Source of the DNA: Acidobacteriota bacterium | GTDB taxonomy: Bacteria > Acidobacteriota > UBA890 > WLXD01 | Direction of reading: 5' to 3' | Length of the DNA: 64,000 nt | NCBI GenBank assembly: GCA_965248695.1 | Contig: CBDFKD010000002.1 | Location: forward strand, 3,616,001 to 3,680,000 | In this document: positions 19,971-28,906 of the stretch, piece after piece | Layout of the letters: each line of letters opens with the position of its first letter | How positions within the stretch are numbered: the stretch's first letter is position 1 | The notes under the pieces: generated by a model | Told to the model about the DNA's origin: nothing | What the model saw: the letters and a program-made list of their open reading frames with translations, nothing else | Databases searched by the model: none | Translations under genes and position numbers: made by a program

Positions 19971-20528
19971 CTATCCGGCGCCGTCTTGGGTTTTGGCGGC
20001 AACCGCCGCCGGTGTCCTCGGGCAATACGCGTCGACCGAGTCCTCTGATGATCGCGCGAACTGAATGCCCGCATCCCCTATTGGCAGTCGACTTCGGCAG
20101 CCCCTGATCCTGGCGATGATCTCGGTCGTGGAAATCTCGGGTGTGTAACCCACCGAGCGGTAAATGCCCATCGCGATCGGAGTCTTGTAGCAGAACTCTT
20201 CCATCTCGCTGGAGATGTCATCTCCGTGCAGGACCAGGTCAATATTGAGCTGTTCGATCCAGCCACGGTCGATCGTGAGTGGTGCGTCGGGTACTACTTC
20301 ATCAACGTAGCGACAGCTCTCGACCAAAGCCACACGCTCCTCCATGGAAAATATCGGGCGGCGCTTGTAACTCATCACCGTTTCATCGGCGTGAACACCC
20401 ACCAAAAGGTAGTCACCGTGTGTTCTGGTCTGTCTGAGGAAATTCACGTGGCCAACATGGAACAGATCGGCCACCACATCGACGTACACACGTATGGGTT
20501 TGTGTTCTCCTGGCTTGGGTCCATGCAT
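19971..20528 (-). CDS. Cytidylyltransferase (HxGH family; glycerol-3-P/ethanolamine-P/choline-P type)
   Basis: ADLFHVGHVNFL, LVGVHAD, YKRRPI, CRYVDEVV, HGDD, ISTTEII. Confidence 0.88.
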   Translation of the reverse strand: MHGPKPGEHKPIRVYVDVVADLFHVGHVNFLRQTRTHGDYLLVGVHADETVMSYKRRPIFSMEERVALVESCRYVDEVVPDAPLTIDRGWIEQLNIDLVLHGDDISSEMEEFCYKTPIAMGIYRSVGYTPEISTTEIIARIRGCRSRLPIGDAGIQFARSSEDSVDAYCPRTPAAVAAKTQDGAG

Positions 20529-20546
20529 TCTTGATCGAGTCCCTGG

Positions 20547-21458
20547 TTAGACCAGTTCAGGAATCAGGGCGTCCGCTCTGCCCGAGGGATTCTGAGGATC
20601 CGGCTTGTAGGCGTAATCAACACCAGGTGCGAGATGCTCAACATAGAGGATCTCCTTGTGATCTCCATATTGGACGGTGACAACGTACTCGGCTTCCTCC
20701 GGCAGACTGAAATAGACATAGCCATCTGTATTCGTTCTTGACTTGTCCAGCCCTGTCAGGACAGTCGTGGCGACTAACATGACCTCGGCCCCCCCGACCG
20801 GACGACCCTTGAGATCGAGGACCTTCAGACTGCCAGTGTGCCGTTGGGGTTCAAGCTTGTTGGCCAGGCCTACGGTCCCATCGGAGCTAGCCGGAAGAGT
20901 GTCTTCGGCCATGAGATCCAGAACTTCCTGTTCGAACTCGCCCATTCTTTTTGGAATCATCCATTCCGGACCGTACTTGAGCGCAAGGTACTCCTCGGAC
21001 GGATTCGGCACCAAGAAGTTCACGCCAAGGAAATCGATCTCTTTCAGGTCCGTATGCAGGCTTACCGGGATACGAACGACCGGCCACTGATAAATGCTGT
21101 CGTCAATGATTCGATAGCAGGTCCAGTCTATCTGGGTCCCGGATTTCGTCAGATTAACGCTCAGATTCAGTTCGTTCTCTGTGATTATTGCGTCGAAACC
21201 GTGCTCCCTGAACACGACCGCTGCGTTACGTACATGTTCCTCGGTGAGGCCGTAGAGGCCGATCACCGAACCGATGTCCAAGTCATCGTCCCATTCGATG
21301 AATGCGTTATCCCTCACAGCGCCCAAACATGTCCCATGGCGCAAGAAGAAAACCAGTCCGAGTTGATCTAGGATCTGCTTCGCTTCCTTCAACAGCGCTT
21401 CTGCAGTGGTCATGTCCATTGGCTTGAAAACTGTGGGCTGTATTGGGGTATGCGTCAT
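20547..21458 (-). CDS. LicD-family phosphotransferase with extra C-terminal beta-sandwich domain
   Basis: GTCLGAVRDNAFIEWDDDLDIG and YLALKYGPEW LicD motifs. C-terminal VLDLKGRPVGGAEV...TNTDGYVYF resembles carboxypeptidase-regulatory-like domains. Confidence 0.82.
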   Translation of the reverse strand: MTHTPIQPTVFKPMDMTTAEALLKEAKQILDQLGLVFFLRHGTCLGAVRDNAFIEWDDDLDIGSVIGLYGLTEEHVRNAAVVFREHGFDAIITENELNLSVNLTKSGTQIDWTCYRIIDDSIYQWPVVRIPVSLHTDLKEIDFLGVNFLVPNPSEEYLALKYGPEWMIPKRMGEFEQEVLDLMAEDTLPASSDGTVGLANKLEPQRHTGSLKVLDLKGRPVGGAEVMLVATTVLTGLDKSRTNTDGYVYFSLPEEAEYVVTVQYGDHKEILYVEHLAPGVDYAYKPDPQNPSGRADALIPELV

Positions 21459-21713
21459 AGCGAATCAGTTCACCCTTAAGCAGAGGCGGGGGCCAAGAGC
21501 ACGGCTTCGTAGACCCACTTCCCGCGGAGCGACAGTTGGCGTCTTTGGCAGCGCACCCGATCATTTGGATTCTACGGCCTTGGCGCAACTAGCATCGCAC
21601 CAGAGTAGGCGGTCGCGGTACGCTGCGAGCGGTCGAACGAGCAACATGGCTTAGTCGATCTCCGCCCCGGAAGGCGGACGCGTCTCGACGTGGCCGCACC
21701 GCCGACGAGCGCG

Positions 21714-22097
21714 CTACGGATCCGTGGGCACGAGCCGCTCCAGCTCCTCGAACCAGTTGGTAATCAGCGTAACGTCGCCTCCTCCTCCCTGGCTCTCGCC
21801 CGTGCGTGGGAACATCACGAAGCGCTGACCGTCGCTCGTTACGTCGTAGTCCGCGTAGTCATCTCGGCCAACGAAGATCCCGGCGAGCCCACCCAAGAAA
21901 GGGCCCTCGAAGAGTTGCTCCGCGCGTCCGTAGCTGAAGTCGTCCTCATCGGTCTCGACCGCGACCACCATGATTCCCGTATCGGTCCGGTAGAACAGCT
22001 CTCGACCGTCGGCTGACCATCTGGGCTGGCTTCCGCCGTTGCTGGAGACCTGCCACTTGCGAGATCCTGGCGGGTAGGGGCGGACGTAGACTTCACT
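21714..22097 (-). pseudogene. C-terminal fragment of Ser/Thr kinase-PD40 (TolB-like propeller) protein
   Basis: EVYVRPYP...WQVSSNGGSQPRWSADGRELFYR...YDVTSDGQRFVM...NWFEELERLVPTDP*. It continues only ~8 codons (DSLESGR) beyond the IS256. Confidence 0.85.
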
Positions 22098-23501
22098 GAG
22101 ATATAACCGGAAGTTGTGGATGGGAGGAAAAAGAAAGGCGGCGTAACCTTCGCTGGGATCATCAACAACCAGCAGCCGGCTGTGGAGGCCGGGAAGGAGA
22201 CGCCACCCGTGCTCAAGATTATCGGTGGATCGGACGCGGAGGAAGGACAGCTGACACTGGACGTCGATGAGCTCGCCCGGCAGGGCGCGCTGCAGATGCT
22301 GGCAACAGCACTGGAGTGGGAGGTTCAGGAGTATATCCAGAGCCACGCCGGGCAACTGGATGAAGCCGGCCGTCGGCAAGTGGTACGCAACGGTCGGGCT
22401 CGCGCACGCAAGATCACGTTGGGGTGCGGGACGGTGCAAGTAGCCGCGCCACGGGTCAACGACAAGCGGCTCGACGAGCAGGGACTGAGGCAGCGGTTCA
22501 GCAGTCGGATCCTGCCGCCCTACATGCGGCGCTCGCCGAAGGTGGCGGAGGTGCTGCCGGTGCTGTACCTGCGGGGCCTGTCGACGGGCGACTTCAAGGA
22601 GGCGCTGCCGATCTTACTGGGACAGGAAGCCAGCGGGCTGTCGGCATCGGCGATCTGCCGGCTGACGAACGCCTGGAGCACGGAGTACGAGGCATTCCGG
22701 AAGCTGGATCTGTCCACCAAGCAGTACGTATACGTGTGGGCGGACGGTGTGCACTTCAACATTCGACTCGAGGATGATCGGCTGTGCACGCTGGTGATCC
22801 TGGGCGTTTTGCCGGACGGAACCAAGGAGCTCATCGCGGTCGAGGACGGGTATCGAGAGAGCACCGAGAGCTGGGCGTTCGTGCTCCGGGAGCTGAAGCG
22901 TCGAGGCATGCGGGCGCCGCTCGTGGCAGTGGGTGATGGGGCGCTGGGGTTCTGGGCGGCGGTGCGGGATGTATGGCCCCAGACTCGAGAGCAACGATGC
23001 TGGGTGCATCGGCTTGGCAACGTGCTCGACAAGCTACCGAGGCGGCTGCAGGCCAAAGCCAAGCGCGCGCTGCACGAGATCATCGGTGCGCCAACGCGCG
23101 AGGATGCTCAGGAGGGCATGGCGCGGTTCGCAGCCGACTACGGCGCCAAGTACTCCAAGGCCGTGGCGTCGTTGCAACGCGACTCCGACAAGCTGCTGAC
23201 GTTCTACGACTTCCCCGCCGACCACTGGGTTCATCTGCGCACGGCCAACCCGATCGAGTCGGCGTTCGCCACCGTACGCCTGAGACAACGCGTCACCAAG
23301 GGCGCCGGCTCACGCACCAAGGCGCTGACGATGGCATTCAAGCTCCTGGAGATGGCACAGCAACGATGGCGCCGCATCAACGCTCCTCACCTCACTGCCC
23401 TCGTACTCGAGGGCGCCACATTCGTCGATGGAGTTCACCTGATCGCTAGCGAAGACGCCGCCTGAACAAATCCACCGATCCACAACATTTGCAAATAACT
23501 C
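22098..23501 (+). mobile_element. IS256-family element with 9-bp target duplication
   Basis: Imperfect IRs GAGATATAACCGGAAGTTGTGGAT / GAGTTATTTGCAAATGTTGTGGAT; TSD GACTTCACT at 22089-22097 and 23502-23510. Confidence 0.93.
22209..23465 (+). CDS. IS256 (mutator) transposase
   Basis: YLRGLSTGDF, YVWADGVH, VGDGALGFW, QRCWVH, LRTANPIES; GTG start after AAGGAG. Confidence 0.92.
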   Translation: MLKIIGGSDAEEGQLTLDVDELARQGALQMLATALEWEVQEYIQSHAGQLDEAGRRQVVRNGRARARKITLGCGTVQVAAPRVNDKRLDEQGLRQRFSSRILPPYMRRSPKVAEVLPVLYLRGLSTGDFKEALPILLGQEASGLSASAICRLTNAWSTEYEAFRKLDLSTKQYVYVWADGVHFNIRLEDDRLCTLVILGVLPDGTKELIAVEDGYRESTESWAFVLRELKRRGMRAPLVAVGDGALGFWAAVRDVWPQTREQRCWVHRLGNVLDKLPRRLQAKAKRALHEIIGAPTREDAQEGMARFAADYGAKYSKAVASLQRDSDKLLTFYDFPADHWVHLRTANPIESAFATVRLRQRVTKGAGSRTKALTMAFKLLEMAQQRWRRINAPHLTALVLEGATFVDGVHLIASEDAA

Positions 23502-23890
23502 GACTTCACTGCGTCCCGACTCCAAGGAGTCGTGAGTCCCAGAAACCGCATCAGCGTCGCTGACGACACCCTCAGTCCCTGTGCGGCGAGATGGTTCGTG
23601 AACGGCGTCGGCTCGGGACCTCGTGCCGACAAGCTGAGGATGTCGCACTTTTTGGCGCACTACGACAGGTATCGTTGAAAGTCGATAAGCGCTGAAATCG
23701 TTGACCTTTCGTCTTTCCGGGTGAGATGTGACATCCATAGCTGAATCGCGAAAGCAGCCGAAATCCGTGGGAACTCTTCTTGTCAACCAACTGCGAGGGC
23801 GGCAGGTAGGATCCTTCCAGGCTCGGAGGATTCTGAGCTCAAGCCGACCAAGCCGTGTACATCTCGTCGAATCACCCGGGGAGAATACCT

Positions 23891-23931
23891 ATGACCCTTC
23901 AGGACTGGGGAGCCGTGAGCCAGATTGTCGG
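23891..23931 (+). pseudogene. N-terminal stub of a membrane-anchored hypothetical protein cut by IS-B
   Basis: GGGGAG RBS then MTLQDWGAVSQIV, ending exactly at the IS left end. Confidence 0.45.
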
Positions 23932-25202
23932 TGACCTGCCCCCCAATAATCGGGCCAGTCTGAGAGTTAGGATTTGAGGCTCTCAGGATGGCTCGGGAAG
24001 GGGGAAGAATGGCGCGGAAGCGGTACACTGTAGAGTAGATCATCGCCAAGCTCAGGGAGGCAGAGATCGAGCTAGCGAAAGGGGCCAAGACACCGGAGGC
24101 ATGCCGCAAGCTGGGAATCAGCGAGAACACGTATTACCGGTGGCGCAAGGAGTACGGTGGACTGAGGGTGGATCAGGCACGGCGACTCAAGGAGCTGGAG
24201 CGGGAAAACGGCCGGCTCAAGAAGTTGCTGGCGGAGACGATGCTCGACAACGCCATCCTCAAAGAGGTTTCGTCGGGAAACTTCTGAGCCCGGCACGACG
24301 GAGCCGGGCAGTGCACCACGCACAGCAGTCGTTGGGTGTGTCCGAGAGGCGAGCCTGCAGAGTACTGGGCCAGGTGCGCTCGACGCAGCAGTATCGGCCC
24401 AAGGTGCCGCAGGAGGAGAAGGCACTGGTGGAGCGGATGACCCAGCTGGCGACGCAGTACGGGCGCTATGGGTACCGGCGGATCACGGCGCTGTTGGTAC
24501 GTGAGGGGTGGCGAGTGAATCACAAGAGGGTCGAACGGTTATGGCGTCGTGAGGGGCTGAAGGTACCGAAAAAGCAGCCCAAGCGCGGACGCTGGTGGCG
24601 CAATGATGGATCGTGCGTGCGGCTGCGGCCGGAGAGGAAAGATCACGTCTGGGCCTATGACTTCGTGCACGAACGAACTCACGACGGGCGAGCGTTTCGT
24701 CTACTGACGATCGTGGATGAGTACACGAGAGAGTGCTTGGCAATCGATGTAGCACGCAGGCTCAACTCCGAGAACGTGCTGGAGCGACTCGCTGAGCTGT
24801 TCGTGAACCGGGGTGTTGCCGATCACATCCGCTCCGACAACGGACCGGAGTTCACTTCTCGGGCAGTGCGTGAATGGCTCGAGCGAATCGGTGTGAAGAC
24901 GCTGTTCATTGAGCCCGGATCGCCATGGGAAAACGGCTATGTGGAGAGCTTCAACGGCAAGCTCCGAGACGAGCTGCTGAACGGCGAGATCTTCTACACG
25001 CTCAAGGAGGCGCAGTGCTTGGTGCACCGCTGGCGCCGCCAGTACAACCAGGTGCGGCCCCATAGCTCGTTGGGCTATCGACCGCCTGCACCCGAAGCGA
25101 CGTTGTTGCAGCCGGCTACGCTCCGCTTCGCCAGCTCCAACAATCTCTTGCCAGTACCGATTCTATGAGTTACGAAGTGGCCCAAACACTTGGGGCAGGT
25201 CA
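23932..25202 (+). mobile_element. IS3-family element 'IS-B' (related to but distinct from IS-A)
   Basis: IRs TGACCTGCCCC...GGGGCAGGTCA; orfA/orfB; slippery GGGAAAC at 24275-24281. Confidence 0.93.
24009..25168 (+). pseudogene. IS-B transposase OrfAB with premature TAG in orfA
   Basis: MARKRYTVE*IIAKLREAE: TAG at 24036-24038 where IS-A has CAG (EQIV). OrfB DDE region is intact. Confidence 0.85.
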
Positions 25203-25322
25203 CGCCTGCACCCGAAGCGACGTTGTTGCAGCCGGCTACGCTCCGCTTCGCCAGCTCCAACAATCTCTTGCCAGTACCGATTCTATGAGTTACGAAGTGG
25301 CGCAAACACTTGGGGCAGGTCA
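25083..25322. repeat. Tandem 120-bp duplication of the IS-B right end
   Basis: 25083-25202 is repeated at 25203-25322 with one mismatch; both copies end in GGGGCAGGTCA. Confidence 0.95.
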
Positions 25323-25551
25323 GCCTGGGCCTCGCGCTCGAAGCGGCGCAATACCAGGGCCGCCTTTTCAGGGCTTTTCTTGTCCACCGCGTCGTCACGA
25401 ATCAGCTTGATCGCCGCGGGCCGTGCCAGTAGGTTGTGCTCGCCGAGCCAGACCTCACCCATGCCGCCCTGACCGATTCTGCGCTTGAGCACGTACCTGA
25501 GAGTGATCCGGGTGGTACGTGCGAGCGCCAGGTACTGGTCAATCACGTAGG
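25323..25551 (-). repeat. 229-bp copy of an internal part of the kinase gene at 62947-63175
   Basis: Direct repeat with one mismatch (GAGTGAT/GAGCGAT); encodes YVIDQYLALARTTRI.LRYVLKRRIGQGGMGEVW...FEREAQA. Confidence 0.95.
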
Positions 25552-25855
25552 GGAGGATGTCGATCTCGTCTGGCCGGATCAGTTTCCGGCTCTGACGGAT
25601 ATTGAAGCCGATGATCAGGGTCGGCTGTTCGTCTTTCCGTACGTCGTCGAAACCGACGCTACCGAGTTCCCGGTCGACGTGTACACCGCCGACGGCGATC
25701 TGATCGCCAACGGCATGCTGCCGTTCCAGGGCTGGGATGCCCACCGGGGTGAGCACGTTTACCGCGTCGAACAGCGCGCCGGCAGGACCGTTATCGTTCG
25801 CTACCGCCTGCAGCTGCCATCCACCACCGGCGCGGCAATCTCCGCCGGACAGTAG
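25552..25855 (+). pseudogene. C-terminal fragment of a six-bladed beta-propeller-like protein
   Basis: FPALTDIEADDQGRLFV...VDVYTADG...IVRYRL. The 5' part is replaced by the kinase-derived repeat. Confidence 0.6.
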
Positions 25856-25882
25856 CGCCGCCGCCCCAGGCGCGCTGACGCG

Positions 25883-27211
25883 CTAGCGGTAGCCCTCGTA
25901 GTAGTCCGCACCCAGATGGGTGATCTGGTCCTCGCCCTTCATGTAGCGCAACGTGTTCTTCAGCTTCATCTGCTGGATGAAGATGTCGTGCTCCGGGTAT
26001 AGCTCGGGCAGCGTCATCGGCGCCTTGAAGTAGAACGACAGCCACTCCTGGATCCCCGAGAATCCGGCGCGCTTGGCGAGGTCGAGGAACAGCGCCAGAT
26101 CGAGAACGATCGGTGCCGCCAGAATGCTGTCGCGGCAGAGGAAATCGATCTTGATCTGCATCGGGTAGCCGAGCCACCCGAAGATATCGATGTTGTCCCA
26201 CCCCTCCTTGTTGTCGCCCCGCGGCGGATAGTAGTTGATCCGCACCTTGTGGTAGATGTCGCTGTACAGGTCGGGGTAGACGTCGGGCTGCAGGATGTAC
26301 TCGAGGGCGCCGAGCTTGCTCTCTTCCTTGGTCTTGAACGAGTCCGGGTCGTCGAGCACCTCGCCGTCGCGATTGCCGAGAATGTTGGTCGAGAACCAAC
26401 CGCTGACACCAAGTAGGCGAGACTTGAGGCCGGGGGCAAGGATGGTCTTCATCAACGTCTGACCGGTCTTGAAGTCCTTGCCGGCGATCGGACTCTGCGT
26501 CTGCTTGGACAGCTCCAGCAGCGCCGGGATGTCGATGTTGAGGTTGGGGGCGCCGTTGGCGTAAGGGATGCCCATCTTCAGTGTCGCGTAGGCGTAGACC
26601 ATGCTCGGCGGGATGGCATCGTCGTCGTTCTTGAGGCCTTCCTCGAAGCTCTCCAGCGATTGGTGCACGGCGCTGGGCTCGAGAAAGACCTCGGTGCTGG
26701 CGCACCAGATGATCACCACCCGCTCGACACCGGTTGCGTCCTTGAACGCCTGGATGTCGGCCATGATCTGTTGCGCATAGTCCCAGCGGGTACCCCCGGA
26801 CTTCACCCAGGTGCCCGTCAGCGCCTTGACATAGCGCTGGTCGAATACGGCTTTCATCGGCTGCAGCGCCTCGAGCTCGTCGCGCACCCTTTCCAGGTCT
26901 TCCTTGTTGAGGGCGCCAGCGTTCATGGCAGCTTCGTAGGCGTTGTCCTCGAAGATATCCCAGCCGCCGAAGTACAGATCGTCGAGCTCGGCCAGGCCGA
27001 CGAACTCCTTGATGGTCGGCACCCGGCCCTCGGTTCGCTTGCCGAGACGGATCGTTCCCATCTGCGACAGCGAGCCCACCGGCTTCGCTAAACCCTTGCG
27101 GACCGCGAGGACGCCGGCAATGAAGGTAGTCGAAACCGCGCCGACTCCGACGGTCAAGATACCGAGACCGCCTTGCGGCGGCGCCAACTCCACCTGGGGT
27201 AGTTCCTGCAT
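25883..27211 (-). CDS. ino1: myo-inositol-1-phosphate synthase
   Basis: GVGAVSTT, FGGWDI, YANGAPN, GKDFKTGQT, WFSTNILGNRDG, YYPPRGDNKEGWD, CRDSILAAP. Confidence 0.95.
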   Translation of the reverse strand: MQELPQVELAPPQGGLGILTVGVGAVSTTFIAGVLAVRKGLAKPVGSLSQMGTIRLGKRTEGRVPTIKEFVGLAELDDLYFGGWDIFEDNAYEAAMNAGALNKEDLERVRDELEALQPMKAVFDQRYVKALTGTWVKSGGTRWDYAQQIMADIQAFKDATGVERVVIIWCASTEVFLEPSAVHQSLESFEEGLKNDDDAIPPSMVYAYATLKMGIPYANGAPNLNIDIPALLELSKQTQSPIAGKDFKTGQTLMKTILAPGLKSRLLGVSGWFSTNILGNRDGEVLDDPDSFKTKEESKLGALEYILQPDVYPDLYSDIYHKVRINYYPPRGDNKEGWDNIDIFGWLGYPMQIKIDFLCRDSILAAPIVLDLALFLDLAKRAGFSGIQEWLSFYFKAPMTLPELYPEHDIFIQQMKLKNTLRYMKGEDQITHLGADYYEGYR

Positions 27212-27402
27212 CACCTCGGATCCTTGTGAGGACACGCACGGTCCCCCGCCAGAGTGCGTGGGCAACGTCGCCACAGGGTACGTTAAGCGGGGGGGCCGCA
27301 CTAGCGCCGTTGGCGGCTGCTACAGGCCAGAAAACGGACGATTTCCGCTGCAGGGTTGGCAGCCACTTGGCGCCGGCGCTTGCGGCACCAAAGGAGGCCA
27401 AG

Positions 27403-27900
27403 ATGCGTCGCGCGCTTTCGCTCGGGATGATGGTGAGTCTGCTAGCTACGGCCGGGCTCGCGCTGGTGGCGGCAGCGCCGGAGGGCCGGCCTGATCGCTT
27501 GCCCCCACGCGCTCCGCAGGAGGGCGAACCTGCTGCCGCGCCCGCCGATGCGTTCGCCGTCATCGAGGCCCAGTTGCAGGCGTTCAACGCCCACGACGTC
27601 GACGCCATGGTGGCCAACCTTGCCGAGGATTTCGCCTGGTTCGCGGTCGACCCTGACATGACCCGCGTGGAGCTGCGCGGTCGCGAGGAGTTCCGCCGTT
27701 CGATGGTGCCGTACTTCGCGACGGTGCCCGGCGCCAGAGCCGAGATCGAGGAGCGCGTCAGCGTCGGCCGCTTCGCTGCGGTTCGGGAGCGCGCGTTCTG
27801 GATGGCCGGTGGCGGCGAGGTCTCGCAGGCGTCGCTTGCAGTCTACGAGATCGGGGACGGGCTCATCCGGCGGGTCTGGTACTACCCGGTGGAACAATGA
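27403..27900 (+). CDS. Secreted SnoaL/NTF2-like protein
   Basis: Signal peptide; QLQAFNAHDVDAM, LRGREE, AVYEIGDGLIRRVWY; RBS AAGGAGG. Confidence 0.8.
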   Translation: MRRALSLGMMVSLLATAGLALVAAAPEGRPDRLPPRAPQEGEPAAAPADAFAVIEAQLQAFNAHDVDAMVANLAEDFAWFAVDPDMTRVELRGREEFRRSMVPYFATVPGARAEIEERVSVGRFAAVRERAFWMAGGGEVSQASLAVYEIGDGLIRRVWYYPVEQ

Positions 27901-27960
27901 TCGGCGCCCGACGACGCTGAGGTACAATCCTGCCGAGGCGTAACCCGCGTCCCCAGCGCG

Positions 27961-28893
27961 GTGCCTCTGCCCCTGGCCTCACGCCCCACGCCCGCCCAGG
28001 AAGTTGCTGCTTTGGAATCGACGAGCTCCCGTGCGGATGCGAAGGCGGAACCCCGGCAGTCTTTCACTGCACCGATCCTCGGAGCCCTGGCGGGACTCTG
28101 GCGCACTGCCAAGCACCTGATCAAGCGTCCGTTCTACGCCCTCTACGAACGCCGTCTCGGGGCCGAGGCGCACACCTGGACGTTGCCCCGTCACATCGGC
28201 ATCATCATGGACGGCAACCGCCGCTTTGCCCGCGACTTCGGCCGCCGCCAGGTGTTGTTCGGCCACGCGCGCGGCGCCGAGAAGCTGCGCGAGGTGCTGC
28301 GATGGTGCCAAGAGCTCGGCATCCCCGTAGTGACTGTCTGGAGCTTCTCGCTCGACAACTTCCACCGCGCGGAACCCGAAGTGGCCGATTTGCTCCAGCT
28401 GTTCGAGGATCGAACGCGCGAGCTCATCGACAGCCCTGATGTTCACGAGAGCGAGATCCGCGTGCGCTACATCGGCAAGACGGAGCTGCTGCCGGACAGC
28501 TTGCAGAAGGCCATCGGGCAGGTCGAACACGCGACGCGCGACTACGACCGCTTCAAGCTCAACATCGCTATGGCCTATGGTGGTCGCCAGGAGATTACCG
28601 AGGCGTTTCGCGCCTACCTTCGTGACCACGCGGCCCGGGGTGGTGACCTCGCCAAGATGGCCGACGAGTTCGACGACACGTCGATCGAGCCACACCTGTA
28701 CACCTCGGGTCAGCCGGAGCCGGACCTGATTCTGCGCACCAGCGGCGAGGTGCGGCTCAGCGGCTTCCTGCTGTGGCAAAGCGCCTACTCGGAGTTCTAC
28801 TTCTCTGATACCCACTGGCCGGCGTTCCGGCGCATCGACCTGTACCGCGCGCTACGCGCCTACAATCAACGTCAGCGGCGGCTGGGTCGTTGA
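27961..28893 (+). CDS. uppS: cis-prenyltransferase (polyprenyl diphosphate synthase)
   Basis: HIGIIMDGNRR, FSLDNFHR, AYGGRQEI, DLILRTSGEVRLSGFLLWQSAYSE. Start uncertain. Confidence 0.9.
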   Translation: MPLPLASRPTPAQEVAALESTSSRADAKAEPRQSFTAPILGALAGLWRTAKHLIKRPFYALYERRLGAEAHTWTLPRHIGIIMDGNRRFARDFGRRQVLFGHARGAEKLREVLRWCQELGIPVVTVWSFSLDNFHRAEPEVADLLQLFEDRTRELIDSPDVHESEIRVRYIGKTELLPDSLQKAIGQVEHATRDYDRFKLNIAMAYGGRQEITEAFRAYLRDHAARGGDLAKMADEFDDTSIEPHLYTSGQPEPDLILRTSGEVRLSGFLLWQSAYSEFYFSDTHWPAFRRIDLYRALRAYNQRQRRLGR

Positions 28894-28906
28894 GAGAGCT
28901 AGCTGA

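Noticed and set aside
21460-21600. Possible riboswitch in the ~110-nt leader of the LicD gene (TAGAAT -10-like box upstream)
   Set aside because: No recognisable aptamer consensus; would need an Rfam/Infernal search.
25791-27659. 622-aa ORF overlapping ino1, and similar long shadow ORFs (e.g. 4782-5966, 3237-4124, 32785-33831, 36986-37990)
   Set aside because: Alternate-frame or antisense ORFs of well-supported genes, Arg/Ala/Pro-rich without motifs; expected in high-GC DNA.
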